Positions 1 to 12,920 of a stretch of 64,000 nt of DNA are shown in pieces. This DNA comes from Vicugna vicugna (taxonomy: Eukaryota), in NCBI GenBank assembly GCA_013265495.1, contig MU058584.1, forward strand, positions 2,980,508 through 3,044,507, written 5' to 3'. The translations under genes were made by a program, and so were the position numbers. How positions within the stretch are numbered: the stretch's first letter is position 1; every line of letters starts with the position of its first letter. Below the pieces are notes generated by a model that was given only the letters and a program-made list of their open reading frames with translations, was not told where the DNA came from and made no database searches.

Positions 1-17
1 GGTGGGAACTGATAAGG

Positions 18-36
18 TGGCCACAAGGTGGCACAG
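18..36 (+). promoter_or_regulatory. Candidate CTCF binding motif
   Basis: TGGCCACAAGGTGGCACAG closely matches the CTCF core consensus (CCASYAGRKGGCRS); motif match only. Confidence 0.4.
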
Positions 37-594
37 AATGACAACCAGAGTGCTCCCTCCCTCCCAAGTGACTCCATTTTCAATGAGGGCTCTGTCGCTA
101 CTGCCCTGACTCTCTTCCGTCTTATTGCCCTGAAAAAGCTCTCTTTGCATCTTCTTTCTTCTTCCACATTCCACAATCTGTGGTCCTTTCTCTTCCCCTA
201 GCCCCTCTTTCCTTTGAAAAGTTCTCAATGCTCATTGTTAGAAGCAAACATGGGTTCCTTTCTTCCCCAGTTGACCCTGATGGCTGGTCCTGTACTCAAC
301 AACAACTCCCTACTTCTGGAAAGCGTGTATCTCTAACTCAAACTTTCAGTGGAATCTGAGCAAGACACACAGCAGGGTTCCAGTGGGTTTAACATCCCAC
401 CAGTCAAACTAGGGTCCAAAAGGGCTGAGTAATGAAATGCTATTGGCTGATCTTATGTTACCTTCAAATTTTTCCTGAGCAGTATCTGTCTGAGTTCTTT
501 AGATGATCTGATCTTCTACTGAGGACATAGATTGGGGCATTAAAATTAGGAGAGCACTGCCTCGCCGGATTTGGGTTGAAGTCATTACCCAAAG

Positions 595-765
595 ACAAGT
601 GGCTTAGGAATCAGGAAACCTGATTCTATTCCCAGCCCTGGCCCTTATCTTGTGTTGTTAGGCCAGTTACTTCATTTTTCTGAATGGCATCTCATTATCT
701 ATAAGGTAGGTAAGATAACCACCTTGTAAGATTTATAATACCTGTAAAACATCTTACTCAATAAA
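595..765 (+). mobile_element. MIR SINE fragment
   Basis: MIR core-like text: cctgattctattcccagccctgg...ggccagttacttcatttttctgaa...ctcattatctataa. Confidence 0.5.
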
Positions 766-2149
766 TATTAGCTCTCCCTTTTCCCCTTGTATGCGCAATG
801 AAAGACTCGATTAGATCTCCAGGCCCCTTCCAATGGAAATATTCTGTGTTCGGTCTTATCATCAAGATGACTGTCATAAATTAAGATTAGCAGCAAGTGA
901 ATTATAACATATCTCCTGAGTTGAGAACAGGATTGCTTCATGCTTCTCAGAGCATTCTCCACCTCTCCTTCCTCTCCAAACCTTTTCAAGTGTTTGAAGA
1001 CGTATACCAGCGTCCTGTCCCTCAACCAAGAGCCACAGGTGAACAGGGAGTGGCCCCAGCCTCAGGCAGAGCCACTCTAGAGTGGGAAGGCTCAGAGACC
1101 TCCCAAAGTGCTGTGTCCCTGTGAAGAGGCTCACACTGTGATGCTTCCCTCAAGAGCGGCTTCCTTTCTCTGCTCCTGTTACATCCTCTCAACCCCAGAG
1201 ATGCTCGACTGCCAGTGTCAAGGATGCTCTGGTTAGAAGCGAATGATTACACAAGCATCAGCTCTTCTTACAAACTCTGACGCCTGAGCCCAATGTGCCT
1301 AACCTGGAAGACACGCTGTACATCTCTGGAAGCTGACTGGAGTGTCTCTGAGGAGTCAAGAGAGGAGGGAGCCCAGAGTGGACACGGAGCAATCAGACTC
1401 AGACAGAAGGACGTCGCTTCCGCCACTAACAGGAGAGGGGTACCTAGGGTTGGGGAGGCTGAGGGAGAAAAATCGAGCAGAAAAAAGAGAAGAGGAGATG
1501 GGAGTTGGAGGAATTCTTTCCTGACAGCCTTTATTTTCTCAGTGAAGTAGAGGGGAGGTCATTCACTCGGTGTGAAAGGAGAGGTGGGGAGGAAAGGGCC
1601 TTAGAAGAATGGTAAATGTTTTAAAACCTGTTTAAAATAAGAGGCGAGGAAGTAACTAACTAGGGACACATAAAATCTCCAGACTTATGTGAAACATGCC
1701 TAAGATTAGAAACCATCATATTTTGGGTTTCCTGAGAAGCAGACCTTGGATAGGGAAGGGCCTCAGCAGGATTCAGAATTTCTGGTCGAATTCCTACTCC
1801 TAACCCCTTACGCATCTGGAACTAGGCAATCTCAGAAAGGGGCCTTCAGTATGTCTATCCGCTCTGTCAGGTTCAGTCCTTCTGCCCTCATCCAAATATC
1901 CTAAAAAAAACAACCCACTGATCTTGGCAAGCTGAGCCAATTGTCCAAGGCTTCCAAAGGAGGGCTTGTCTCCCCGCTATACCCATCAACCCTAATCCCT
2001 CAGGATTCATCTTCCTTGGGCGTCTCTCATAGATCAACACTGTCACCATCACACCAGCCTCATTGGTGTACAGCTCTCCTTTCCCACCCTAACCCAACAC
2101 TTCCCTTTTGATCTCGCTGGGGATCAATTGTCACATTTCACAGGGACAA

Positions 2150-2395
2150 TAAAAGGAAAGCAAAAGCAAAAGCAGGTAAGTGGTTGCCTAGAGCCGGGAG
2201 TGTGGTTAGGGATGGACCCATCTCATGCAAAGGGGCATGAGGGAATTTTTTGGATGCTGGAAATGTTCTATGCTTTCATTGGGTGGTGGGTACACAAGGG
2301 TATACATTTGTCAAGACTCACGGAGATGCATGCTTTGAATGGGGGCATTTTAATGTATGTAAGTTATATATCAATAAAGCTGATTATTTTAAAAG
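2150..2395 (+). mobile_element. Old L1M 3' end fragment
   Basis: agtggttgcctagag...ggaaatgttcta...tttgtcaagactca...tgtaagttatatatcaataaagctg resembles L1MC/ME 3' UTR termini. Confidence 0.6.
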
Positions 2396-5300
2396 AGGGG
2401 TAGTAATCAGCCAAGCATGGAGAGTGCATGCCATTAATCTGCCATACAGGACACGGCCTTCTCTCCAAAGCCTGGGCGGTCTCCCCTGCGTCCCAACACG
2501 GCGCACTGCAGTCTCTGCCCTGGCTGTCTTCCCCCTATCTGGGTGGATGGGGACAGAGTATTTCACAAAATCATATAAACACGTTCCACTCCACATCCCT
2601 AAATTATTTGTATGAGATAATATATGCTGGAGAATAGGCACTCAGTTACATGCTGAATGAAAGAATCAGTGGTACCAAGCTAGAGTAGATGTGTGACAAA
2701 CACCCAAATAAATGCGTGAGATTGATTGATGGAAAGATTTGTCGTCTATCTATTTACTTACTGATTTTCACCGTATCAGTTTAAATGACTTCATCCATCA
2801 CTTCCTTTCAGCTATTTCAACCAGAAGCAGGATCTATTCTACAAAATTACAGGATTAAAAAATATTATAATAGGTACTGGGTACCAAATTGTTAAGTACC
2901 AGCATAGATATATGTAGGGGTTCAACTAGTCCTAAGGGAAAAAAAAAGGTTGGGAAAGAGAAAAGGGATTGGATGGTTTAGTTATGATTTAAAGCTCAAT
3001 CTTAGAAAACATTTTGAATATTTGAGACATTTCACCTTGATATAAAGGACATTGCTTTATTGCCTTTTTTGTTTGGCAGTCAAGGTGCAATGCATCATGA
3101 TCTAAGGAGGGGATGCAAAGATGAATAGGACATGGTTCTCATCATAAAGTGCAAAAACCAGAAAAAAAAACAATATACGACCAATTAAAGATTAAATCAT
3201 TATTTGCTTCCAAAATACTAACTGAAGTGTGTCCTGTAATATTCACGGTATTGCATTTTTTATGCAGTGAACCAATGACTTATTTCTATTGCACTCCATT
3301 TTTTTATCATTATCTGAGTAATGGGTGCTACAAAAATTCTTCTTAAAGTTGTTAATATTTTATTTTGTGAAGTAAGTTTGCTTTATATATTTCTAAAACG
3401 TATTCATTTTCACACCACACGTGGTTTTCACTACTAGTTTAAATAACTAGCTCATAATAAAAGAGAAAAGTATTATCATATTTCCATGGCCAAATACCAT
3501 CCCAAATCACTCCACCAAATAGAAACGTTGTGATTTAAAAAGGGACGCACTTTTACCTGACTTTCTGAAAACTGATTGCATTGGATGACATACTCTAAGT
3601 AAATTGCATACGATTAAAATGCAGTGGTAATAATATTCACTGTGGAAGATATTCACAAAATCACTGAAACTCAGGAGAGCTTTTCATGCTTTGAGTGATA
3701 TGTCCTTTGGTGCCAATTTCACCTGAAACCAATTGAATTCACTAATTCATATCTAAAAATAAATTTGGGTGATTTATTACTATTTAATCCAAAAAACACA
3801 AAAATACCAAATGTATTTGGTAAAGAACAGAAAATTGAGTCTGTTCCATGTAATTAAAAGAAGTATTATTTTTAAAAAATGATTTCGTGTGTGTGTGTGA
3901 ATTTGCATGAACACGTATACTAGGTTGCAATGTAAAATCTATTTCTCACTGCAAGAAAGTGGTCAAAAAAAGATTTAGAAAACATAGCCCTGTTTGTTTT
4001 CACGGATTGGACTTCATTAGTCTTGATGTCTTATGTGATTGCTAAATTTAAATCTGCAGCTAAGGAGCAGATACAAGACGTTGAATTTCCTGCAAGGCTG
4101 CAGGCCATTTATCTTGAAAAATAGCCGATCATCATCTACATCGGTGTGAAAATTTTCAGTGATGAAATCTACTTGAAGAGCTGCTGCCGTGTGTGAAGAG
4201 TTTCCAGTTGGCAGGCCCGCCCTCAGAGGGGGAGTCCCGCGGACCTGCGGCGTCCTTGTGAAAATCGCGTGAGTTTCTTTCCTCTGGGCGTTTTACACCC
4301 CAGGACGTGTGTGGGCCTCCAGACGCTGTTTCCCCTGCACGCCTGCTTCCAACTCTGTGTCTTTTTGTTTTGTTTTGTTTTGTTTTCCTGAAGTATTGTT
4401 GATTTACAATGTTGTGTAATTCCGTGCTTTTTATTTCAGCCCCTCCCTTATGAAACACCTCCTCTCCTTTTGAGGTTGTCCAACTGACGTTTTTAAACAT
4501 GTGCTTGGTCATTCTTTGCTGTGCTTCAAAGTAACTGTATATTTATGGGTAAATATTAGAGGTTTAGAATTCAAGTTCACAAGCGGAAAGCCTCTCCTCT
4601 TTGTCCTCCAGCCACCACTCTCCTCCCCAAGAGGTTGTAAATGCCATTAGGTGGTTTTTTGGTTGGTGGGTTGTGGGGTTGTTTTTGTTTGTTTGTTTGT
4701 TTTTGCTGAGTAGCAATCACGCCCATATTTTGAAGCTGGGCTGGGAAGGAGGTTCCTGAAAACTGGTTTTGCAACCCTTGGGCTTCCACCACCTGAGGGA
4801 GGAAAAAGGCTGGAGAGGGAGCTGGAGATTCGTAGATTAGGAGAGCGCTGCTGGGGTCGCACACCTGCACTCCCGCACTGTAAGCCCCTGGGAGGCGGCG
4901 CTGGCCCACCTCTGGCCCTGTGACAGCACCACCCTCTTCTGATCCTCCAGACCTCTGGGAATGAACCACCACGGCCTTTTCCGTGGACGCGCTGGCCCCT
5001 GGAGAGGACGTGTGCCCTGGGAGCTCCCCTTGTGCCCGTCTCAGTGCCCCTCCTGCTTTTGATTTAGGATCTCACACCAAATTCACTCCTCTGAGAAGCA
5101 GCCGCTTCATGTGGTTAACCCATTCTCTGCCCATTTGGCTGTTTTCTCACAACAATCCACCTCCCTCCTTTCCACAGGTGTTTCCACGAGACTGGTGGAC
5201 AATCCAGAGTCGCCAGGATCACCTGGGCTTCTATCACACTTCACACCCACAGGCATGAGGAGATCGCTGCCCAGACTCTGAGCACCACGAGGGTCTGGGC

Positions 5301-6164
5301 ACATCCAAACTGGATCATAAAGCCAAGGGCAGAGCCTTGGGGACAGAGGTTAGAAAAAGAGCCATGGCCCAAAGCCAGAGCGAGTGACTGCTGCGGAAGG
5401 AGGCTCACTGATAAACCAAGGGCACAAGGAGTGTGGTGGAGGGAGACGCAGGAGCCAGAGCAGCTCCAGAGCCACGGGGCTCCCAGCAGAACGTCTGGGA
5501 GGCTAGGAGGGCCCACAGGCTGACCATGGCTGAATTTCCAGAAACTCCCTAGGACCAGCGTGGCTAAGCCCTGGGGAGAAATGTCACGGCAAGCCAGGAT
5601 TGTGAAGTGGCACGGCAACAGCAAAGGGCCCAAGGAGTCTCAGCCAAGGGCGTGGGAGGCGGAGACACAGCTACTTGCTGAGAACTGCATGTTCAGTGGG
5701 GGAAAATCTCTCGGCTCCCGGGAGAGGATTGATTGTCACCTGGTATCCTGAAGCTTCAACACTGGTGGCCCTGATGCTCAGTGGTCGAAGGCTTAGTAAG
5801 TGTTTGTAACATCCTAGGATGCCCCTGCCTGATCACAGTAGATTTGACTTCTGGAAGAGACAGTGGATAATCTGGGTAAGTGTTTCAATCCAAACATCAT
5901 CATAACACATCTAGGTGGGCAGAAAAGTTCTCTGAGACTTTGAGTGAGGGATGTAATCTGAGCCTATGTGATGGATCACTGCAGGGATTGGGGATGAAAA
6001 GAGCCAGTCGCCTTGACCTACAAAGTGTACCAGTCAGGCACACTCACCAAAGATGTGCAGGGATGCTTGGGGCCTCTGGTGAACTCTGTTTATCCAAAAA
6101 GGTATAACTCAGTCACACGATCACACCACCTATGAGGGAAGATGGGAAATGCAGTCTAACAGAG

Positions 6165-6573
6165 TGTTACGGACTGAATGTATCCCCCACAAAAATCTGT
6201 ATGTTCAAACCCTAAACCCCAGGGCAATCATAGTTAGAGATAGAGCTTGGGAAGGTAAATAGTTGTAGATGAGGTCGTGAGGATGGAGCACCCATGATAG
6301 GGATTAGTGTCTATTAGGGACTTAGAAGGTCATTATATGAAGAGGAAGAGACCAAGTGTGCACTCTCTCTCTCCCTCTCTCTCCCTCCCCACTCCTCTGT
6401 CTCTCTCTCTCTCTTCACGATGAGAAGGCAGCCAGGAAGGGAGCCCTCACCAAGAACCAAATCTGCCAGCACCTTGATCACAACCTCTAGCCTCCAGAAG
6501 TTTGAGAAATAAACACTGTTTACACCACCCAATTTATGGTGGTGTGTTTTAGCAGCCTGAGCCGAATAGGACA
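6165..6573 (+). mobile_element. MaLR solo LTR (MLT1A-like)
   Basis: TG...CA ends; tgttacggactgaatgtatccccc start; ccagaagtttgagaaataaa poly(A) region; cagcctgagccgaataggaca end. Confidence 0.8.
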
Positions 6574-7618
6574 TGGAGTAACGAAGCGAAGAATGAGTTT
6601 TGATATACAGTTAACAGTCTCTTTCACGCTAAGGAAAGTTACATCATGTTCATTATGCCCGAATTTAAGAAGAAAGGGTCAATTCCATTGCAGTTGACCA
6701 TCAGCAGTGTTCTCCACGTAATGACACAGAGATCATGACATTAGACAAAATAAAGAAATAAGGGAAAAGAAAGGAAAAACAGTACAATATTTGGCTATGT
6801 GATGAACAGTATCTACAAAGCCATCCTACTGTGAACACTGATTATTTGGTTTGCAAACTTTAGGCACCAACTATTAACGAGTCACTGGAGAGTTAACCAT
6901 GCTTATAGAACAGGGCAGATCATCTTGATTATGGAAAAGTAAAAGCATAGCTGAAAGATGTAGAGAAGTGGGAGAGGGGAGGAGTGGGGAGAGCAAAGTG
7001 TAAACACAAAGATCAGATGTGGGGGTGTCAAGAAATACTGCGTCTAGACAATGGAAAAGGTAATAGACGTGAGTAGGTCATTTGAAAGAATGCAGATGGT
7101 CATGGAAGCAGAGAGGAAGGTTATATAAATGTACAGGGTGGGGACAGGGTGTCATAGCATGCAGTCAAAAGGCAGTGTCTGAAACTGATGTATTAAGAAG
7201 GAGCATACACATGATAGAGTTAAGGAGGCGACTACCAGAAAAATCAAATGTAGAAAGTTCAAAAGGAGTCACTCAGGATAGCAAGACTGGGTGGGGCTGG
7301 AAACCATTGCTTTTCTGTGGGACCTGATTTACTTAACAACTGTGCCTGAACTATATTAATGACATTTTTAGACATAAGAGAGGCTTGGTTGTGATGCATT
7401 TGAGAAAGCTATCTATTCAAAATAGTAAAAATGAAGTATATTGTGTTATTTAAAGGCTTTTATATTTCCAGAAAACTGAGTCATTTCTTGAGGGTATGAG
7501 ATAAGCAAAGTTTTACTGCACCAGCTCCCATTTCTAACTGAAGGAGGTCACAGTCCACCTCCTCCCTGTCACTATGGAAAACTAGACTCCTGCAGCTTGG
7601 TTAAATAAAGAATAACCA

Positions 7619-7951
7619 GATATCACTTCTATGTGGAATCTAAAAAATAACACAAATCCATGTATATGCAAGACAGAAACAGACACACAGACATAGGAAA
7701 CAATCTTGTGGTTACCAAAGGGCAGAGGGAAGCCAGGAGGGACAAAGTAGGGGTATGAGGTTAACAGATACAAACTACTATATATAAAAGAGATAAGCAA
7801 CAAGGATATGTTGTACAGCACGGGAAATTAATACTCATTATGTTTTAATAATCTATAATGGAATAAATCAGCAAAAATGCTGAATCACTGTGCTGTACAC
7901 CTGAAACTAATACGATAATATAAATCAACTATACTTCAACAACAACAGCAA
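7619..7951 (+). mobile_element. 5'-truncated artiodactyl-type L1 3' end with TSD
   Basis: tgtggaatctaaaaaa...gctgtacacctgaaactaa...tcaactatacttcaa plus A-rich tail; 12-bp TSD AAAGAATAACCA at 7607-7618 and 7952-7963. Confidence 0.85.
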
Positions 7952-8329
7952 AAAGAATAACCAATCAAGTAGGCACTAGGTACCCTGTTATTTGGAATGA
8001 AATCAGACTTTGCCCAAGACATTAGCCCTAATATCTATTGCTTATCTAGCTTGCAGTTTTATGTGGGTATGGAGCATTTCTTTCTAATCAAGAACCCAGA
8101 AAAACATACCTTTGTTCCCCTGGCACCTATAGCCCATGAGCCTCTGTGTGAGATGGCCACATATGAATACTTCTTCCTTCTCCCACAGGACCCTGCTCAG
8201 GGTACTCGTGTTCTTTGTGCCTCTGCATCTATGTATGGTTTTGACTTCTGTGGTTCGGGAGGGGGAGAATGTTCTGCTTAGTAAAACCTAAGCAGTGAGC
8301 AAAATTTAAACTTTTTATACTGGAGAAAA

Positions 8330-9270
8330 AAAAATAGACCTCAGTGAAACAGTGGAGAACCCCAAAATAGACCCCGATGCATATGGAATTTTATTTCACA
8401 GTAAAGCTGGCATTTCAAATAAGTCGGGAAATCATAGATCCAGGATTACTTGTGAGTGAGGCAGAGGAAGCTAGACTCCTGCCGCATCCCCTCATTTTGG
8501 TGCCTAAAAGATTTCAACCTAAATTAACAAAGATTTAACATATATCCAGGTGTTGAATATAAAACAAGCCATAAAATTTCAAAAAGAAAGCATGAATAAA
8601 GGTGGGAAGGGCCTTGCTAAGAAAAATATAAAACCTAAAGCCCATAAAATAAAAACAAAAAAAAGATAAATTTTGATACACAAAATTTTTCTCTATGGAA
8701 TAAGAGTTGTCTAAACAAAGTCCAAAGACCAATGTCTAATGAAAAAATATATATGTATATATTTACTACATATATGGCAGCATAGGAGTAATTTCTTTAA
8801 CTTATAAAAAGCTTATACAAATTAAAAAGAAAAAATGACACTCATGACAGTTGGCAAATGATAAGAACTGACTATTTTCAAATAAAAAGTTTCAGCCATC
8901 AAATAAAATGAATAATAAAACTTACTAATTCTTATATAAGTGCAAATGAACCAGGAAATATCTCTGAGGTTGAAAAACATGTGACGGTGACCATTGTTGT
9001 TGAAATGCAGAGATGCAGGCTCCAGGGCACTGCTGTGGGAGGATAAACTGATGGACTCTTGGCGATGAATATTTGGCTGTGGCCATCAATATTCATGGTA
9101 ACATTGATTTAGCATTTCCACAAATAAGGAGATAAACTATGGCTATGTTTACCAAATCTTGCCAAGATAGTCTATGAGGTTGGGTTCCTTACAATGTTTG
9201 TAACAGCAAAAAACATTTTAAAGGAGGGAGAGGAAGAGGACAGACAACTAAATTGACCATCTGTAAGAAA
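8330..9270 (+). mobile_element. Old, degenerate L1M (ORF2 end and 3' UTR)
   Basis: AT-rich, with L1 3'-region landmarks (gagaaccccaaaatagacc..., gtgggaggataaactg, aaattgaccatc). Confidence 0.55.
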
Positions 9271-9299
9271 CTTTTTAAAAAAACAACAATTTAACCAGT

Positions 9300-9790
9300 G
9301 GAATCTCTTTAGAGCTGATTCTTTTGTCCTTATGACACATCCTTCATTATTCTTTGAGCAATTTTTACCATCTGGCACATAAAATATATCTTTCAGGCTC
9401 ATCTTGTACTCCCCCCCACCCCGTATCTGCAATCAGCCATTTATCCAAGGATCCCTGGTTTCTTTTGGTGGAAATTAGTATTTAGAAACCAAGATCTGGA
9501 CACTAGTTATTCTCATTCCTACTGGGATTTTACTGCCTTTGAGTCCTCGCAGGAAATAGGACTAGAAATATGTGAATACACACACACAACTTATAAATCT
9601 ATTTTTATGTCAGTTTATTTGTACGTATTCAAAACCGTGAGTTCACACCAGTATTTCCAAATCCAAACCAACACCACACGGTTTTGTCCAGCCTGTGCTT
9701 TTCCATGCTTATAATTCCCTTCTCAGATTGTGAGAAGTCTGGATTCCATTATTCTCAATATATTTACTTCTTCAGTCAGTTCCCTGTGTG
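9300..9790 (-). mobile_element. Old L1MC/MD 3' region
   Basis: aatcagccatttatccaaggatccctggtttcttttggtggaaattagtatttagaaaccaagatctgg; a homologous segment occurs in the opposite orientation near 57570-57640. Confidence 0.6.
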
Positions 9791-10409
9791 TAAGCAATCT
9801 CCTGGCAATTCAGGCTGTCTTCTTGGCCCTGACCGCCCCAACCACGCTGGCTGAGCAATTGGCCCAGTTCCACCAAACACACCAACCACAAAGGTTAAAG
9901 CCTCAGCCCTAGCCATTCTGGCCACACTGGCTTATCCTTTGATATTGGCACCACCAATCACGCAGCTAATTCCTCATCTCCACCTCTGCTGACCACATGG
10001 ACTGCACCAATCAAACAGATAACATTTTTAAAATCCCAGATAGTGCCACCATGCTTGAAACTGTTGACCGCTGGAGAAGAAAAAAGATTCCAGTGGAACA
10101 GAATAGAGAATCCAGAAATAGAGCTAAATAGGCATGGTATTTTTATTCATAATAAAGGTGTCATTTCTGATCAGTGAATTTATATGCAATCTAATCTAAT
10201 GGAAGAATGTCAGGAAAAATAAGGCTGGATTCATACATAGTTCACTGTTTATACCAAAATTAATTACAGATGTATCAGAGATTTTGCCTAAAGTAAATCC
10301 ATACAATTCCTGAATAAAGAAGGAATGAATTTATATTAGATCCTGAGTGGAAAAGGCGTTTCCAAGAAAAACACCAAGCCAATGAGTTGCAAAGCAAAAG
10401 TTTGATAAA

Positions 10410-11003
10410 TTTTTTTGAAGTATTGTCAGTTTACAATGTTGTGTCAATTTCTGGTGTACAGTATAATGTTTCAGTCATACATATACATACATATATTTCT
10501 TTCTATATTCTTTTTCGTTATAGCTTACTACAAGACATTGAATATAGTTCCCTGTGCTATACAGTAGAAACATTGTTTTATCTATTTTACATGTATTATA
10601 GTTAATATCTGCAAATCTCAGACTCTCAGTTTATCCCTCCCCACCCCCTTTCCCTCCTGGTAACCATAAATTTGTTTTCTATGTCTGTGAGTCTGTTTCT
10701 GTTTTGTAAATAAGTCCATTTGTGTCTTCTTTTTAAGATTCTACATTTGACTGATATTATATGGTATTTTTCTTTCTCTTTCTGGCTTACTTCTCTTAGT
10801 ATGACTATCTCGAAGTCCATCCATGTTTCTGCAAATGGCATTATTTTATTCTTTTTTATGGCTGAGTAGTATTCCATTGCATAAATATACCACAACTTCT
10901 TTATCCAGTCATCTGTTTATGGATGTTTAGGTTGTTTCCATGTCTTGGCTATTGTAAATATTGCTGCTGTGAACACTGGGATGCATGTATCCTTTTGAAT
11001 TAA
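10410..11003 (-). mobile_element. Young camelid-type L1 3' end
   Basis: poly-T start; the minus [48 protein letters not shown] is the L1 ORF2 C-terminus. Confidence 0.9.
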
Positions 11004-11007
11004 GGAT

Positions 11008-11250
11008 ATTGGGAGCTTGAGATTTGCAGATACTAACTACTCTATAGAAAATAAACAAGTTTATACTGTATAACACAAGGAACTATATTCAATATCCTGT
11101 AGTAACTTACAGTGAAAAAGTATATGAAAAGGAATATATATATATATATATACATATATATACATATATATATAGAACTAAAACATTATGCTGTACACCA
11201 GAAATTGACACAATATTGTAAACTGACAATACTTCAGTTTAAAACAAAAA
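11008..11250 (+). mobile_element. Young camelid-type L1 3' end with internal (TA)n
   Basis: gggagcttgagatttgcagatactaactac...gctgtacaccagaaattgacacaatattgtaaactgacaatacttcag plus A tail; reverse complement of 10410-10627. Confidence 0.85.
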
Positions 11251-11992
11251 GAGCAGTTCTCTCTCATTAGAAAAATAAAATAAAATGTATAGACTTATTA
11301 ACCCAACAATCCCACTGCTAGGGATTTACCCTAAGGATATTCTGGCAAAATATGCCACAGTATCTCTTCAACTCTTCAAAGATATTCACTGAAGCCTTTT
11401 TCATAATAGAGGGGGGAAAATGGAACCAACTGAATTGTCCACCAGAAGGGTCTGGTTAAAGGAAGTGTAGGTAGTCCATCTGCTGAAAGAAAAAAAAAAA
11501 AAAAAAACAAAATTAAAATTAATTAAAAAAAAAAAAAAAAAAAAGGCCACAGTTAAAAAGAAGAGATAGAGCTCTAAGGGCTAATATGAAATGATTTCTA
11601 AAGATTTTTTTATAGTGTTTAAAAGAAAAAACAGTGCATATGGTGGAAACCTTGTCATAAAAAAACATTTTTATATAAAGAGATGAATACAGATAAGCAG
11701 CTATGAAAAGTTTTGGTTCTTTTTTCAAATTTATGGAGGCTACTTCAAGGCCATCTGAAAAAACAGACATAGCAGAAAGATAATACTGCCTTTATTCTGA
11801 TCTTGGTCTCAGAGCTGGGTCCTTCACTGAGAAGGCTTGTTGGGCGTTCTTTGAGCAAGGCCAGTTTTATCTCTTGCAGAGTGAGATACAATCCAGAGAT
11901 CTACCAAATTCTGGACTCTATCTACTCTATCTGGTCCTCTTCTGCTCGAAAGCAGGTCTGTTCTTACCTGGACTTATCTCTCTGTGATAATT

Positions 11993-12316
11993 CAGGTTCA
12001 CGACCCCTTACCCATAATGCTGAGACCCCAAAACCTCTGAAAAACACATTTTTCTGAAGCTAATTTCTGTACATTTATGTTGGTGAAACTTGACCTAAAT
12101 TGATTTGGGCTGTTTGTAGTCTGTATGTATCCTGCTTAGCATGAATGGTCATACATCTCTCTGCAGAAATAGAAATGTGTTTGATTATGGGATGATGCCC
12201 CAGAACCTTCTAGGGTGTTTTGTACTTTATAATATACGTACTGTTAACTTCCTAAATTTTGGAAAAGTTCTGAATTCTCAAACACATCTGGCTCTAAAAT
12301 TTTGGGACCAGTACCT
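11993..12316. mobile_element. MER46C-like TcMar-Tigger DNA transposon
   Basis: caggttcacgacccctta... start; internal ctgcagaaatagaaatgtgtttgattatggg...ccccaga and ttctgaattctcaaacacatctggc match the recalled MER46C consensus. Confidence 0.65.
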
Positions 12317-12589
12317 TACTAAAAGCAGCAAGCAGCAGCCAACTCAACCTAAAATTCTGGCTCTTTCCAGCTGCTTCTTCTACAGTTGCAGGCTCAAAAG
12401 AGGAACTTGCATGTGCCTTCCTGGTTCTCACAGTGTGGTACCCCGTATTCCCCCAGCATGACAAGGATCTGCAGCTCTCCACTCCCTCACTGCCTGCTGC
12501 CTAGCTGCTGAGCTGATGCTACACATTTTGGATTTTTATTACAGTAGCACCCCTATTCCTGGTTCTAATTTCTGTACTTTTAGAGTAGT

Positions 12590-12920
12590 CTGAACTGCTG
12601 CCATTAGTAGAACACCAAATGAAATGGCTCAATCAAAATAAACCTTTATTTCTCACTCATGTAACATTCTGGAGGAGCTATCCCAGGTTGGCAAGGAGCT
12701 CCCTCCCGTATAATCATACTGGGTCCCAGGTGGACAGCTGCTCTGCCATCCAAGTCTACTCTGGTCATCACCGTCTCGCTTGAGAGAAGGGGGGAGAGGC
12801 AAGTACAGGCAGTTTCATGGGTCAGGTCTGGAAATAGCATGACTCAGTTTTGTTTACATTCTATAGCTCACACAGCCACACCTGAGGACAAGAGAGATTA
12901 AGAAATGGAGCGTAGCTGGA
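12590..12920 (-). mobile_element. Old MaLR LTR fragment (MLT1J/K-like)
   Basis: tggctcaatcaaaataaacctttatttctcactcatgtaa...tcacacagccacacct is typical of antisense MLT1. Confidence 0.5.

Noticed and set aside
768..1550. Cluster of short ORFs on both strands; considered as an exon of an upstream neighbour such as LRRC52
   Set aside because: No translation resembles LRRC52 or any protein I recognise, and there is no consistent splice structure
4577..5751. Several ORFs of 60-131 aa in GC-rich DNA; possible processed pseudogene
   Set aside because: No recognisable domain, poly(A) tail or TSD; ORFs of this length are expected in GC-rich sequence
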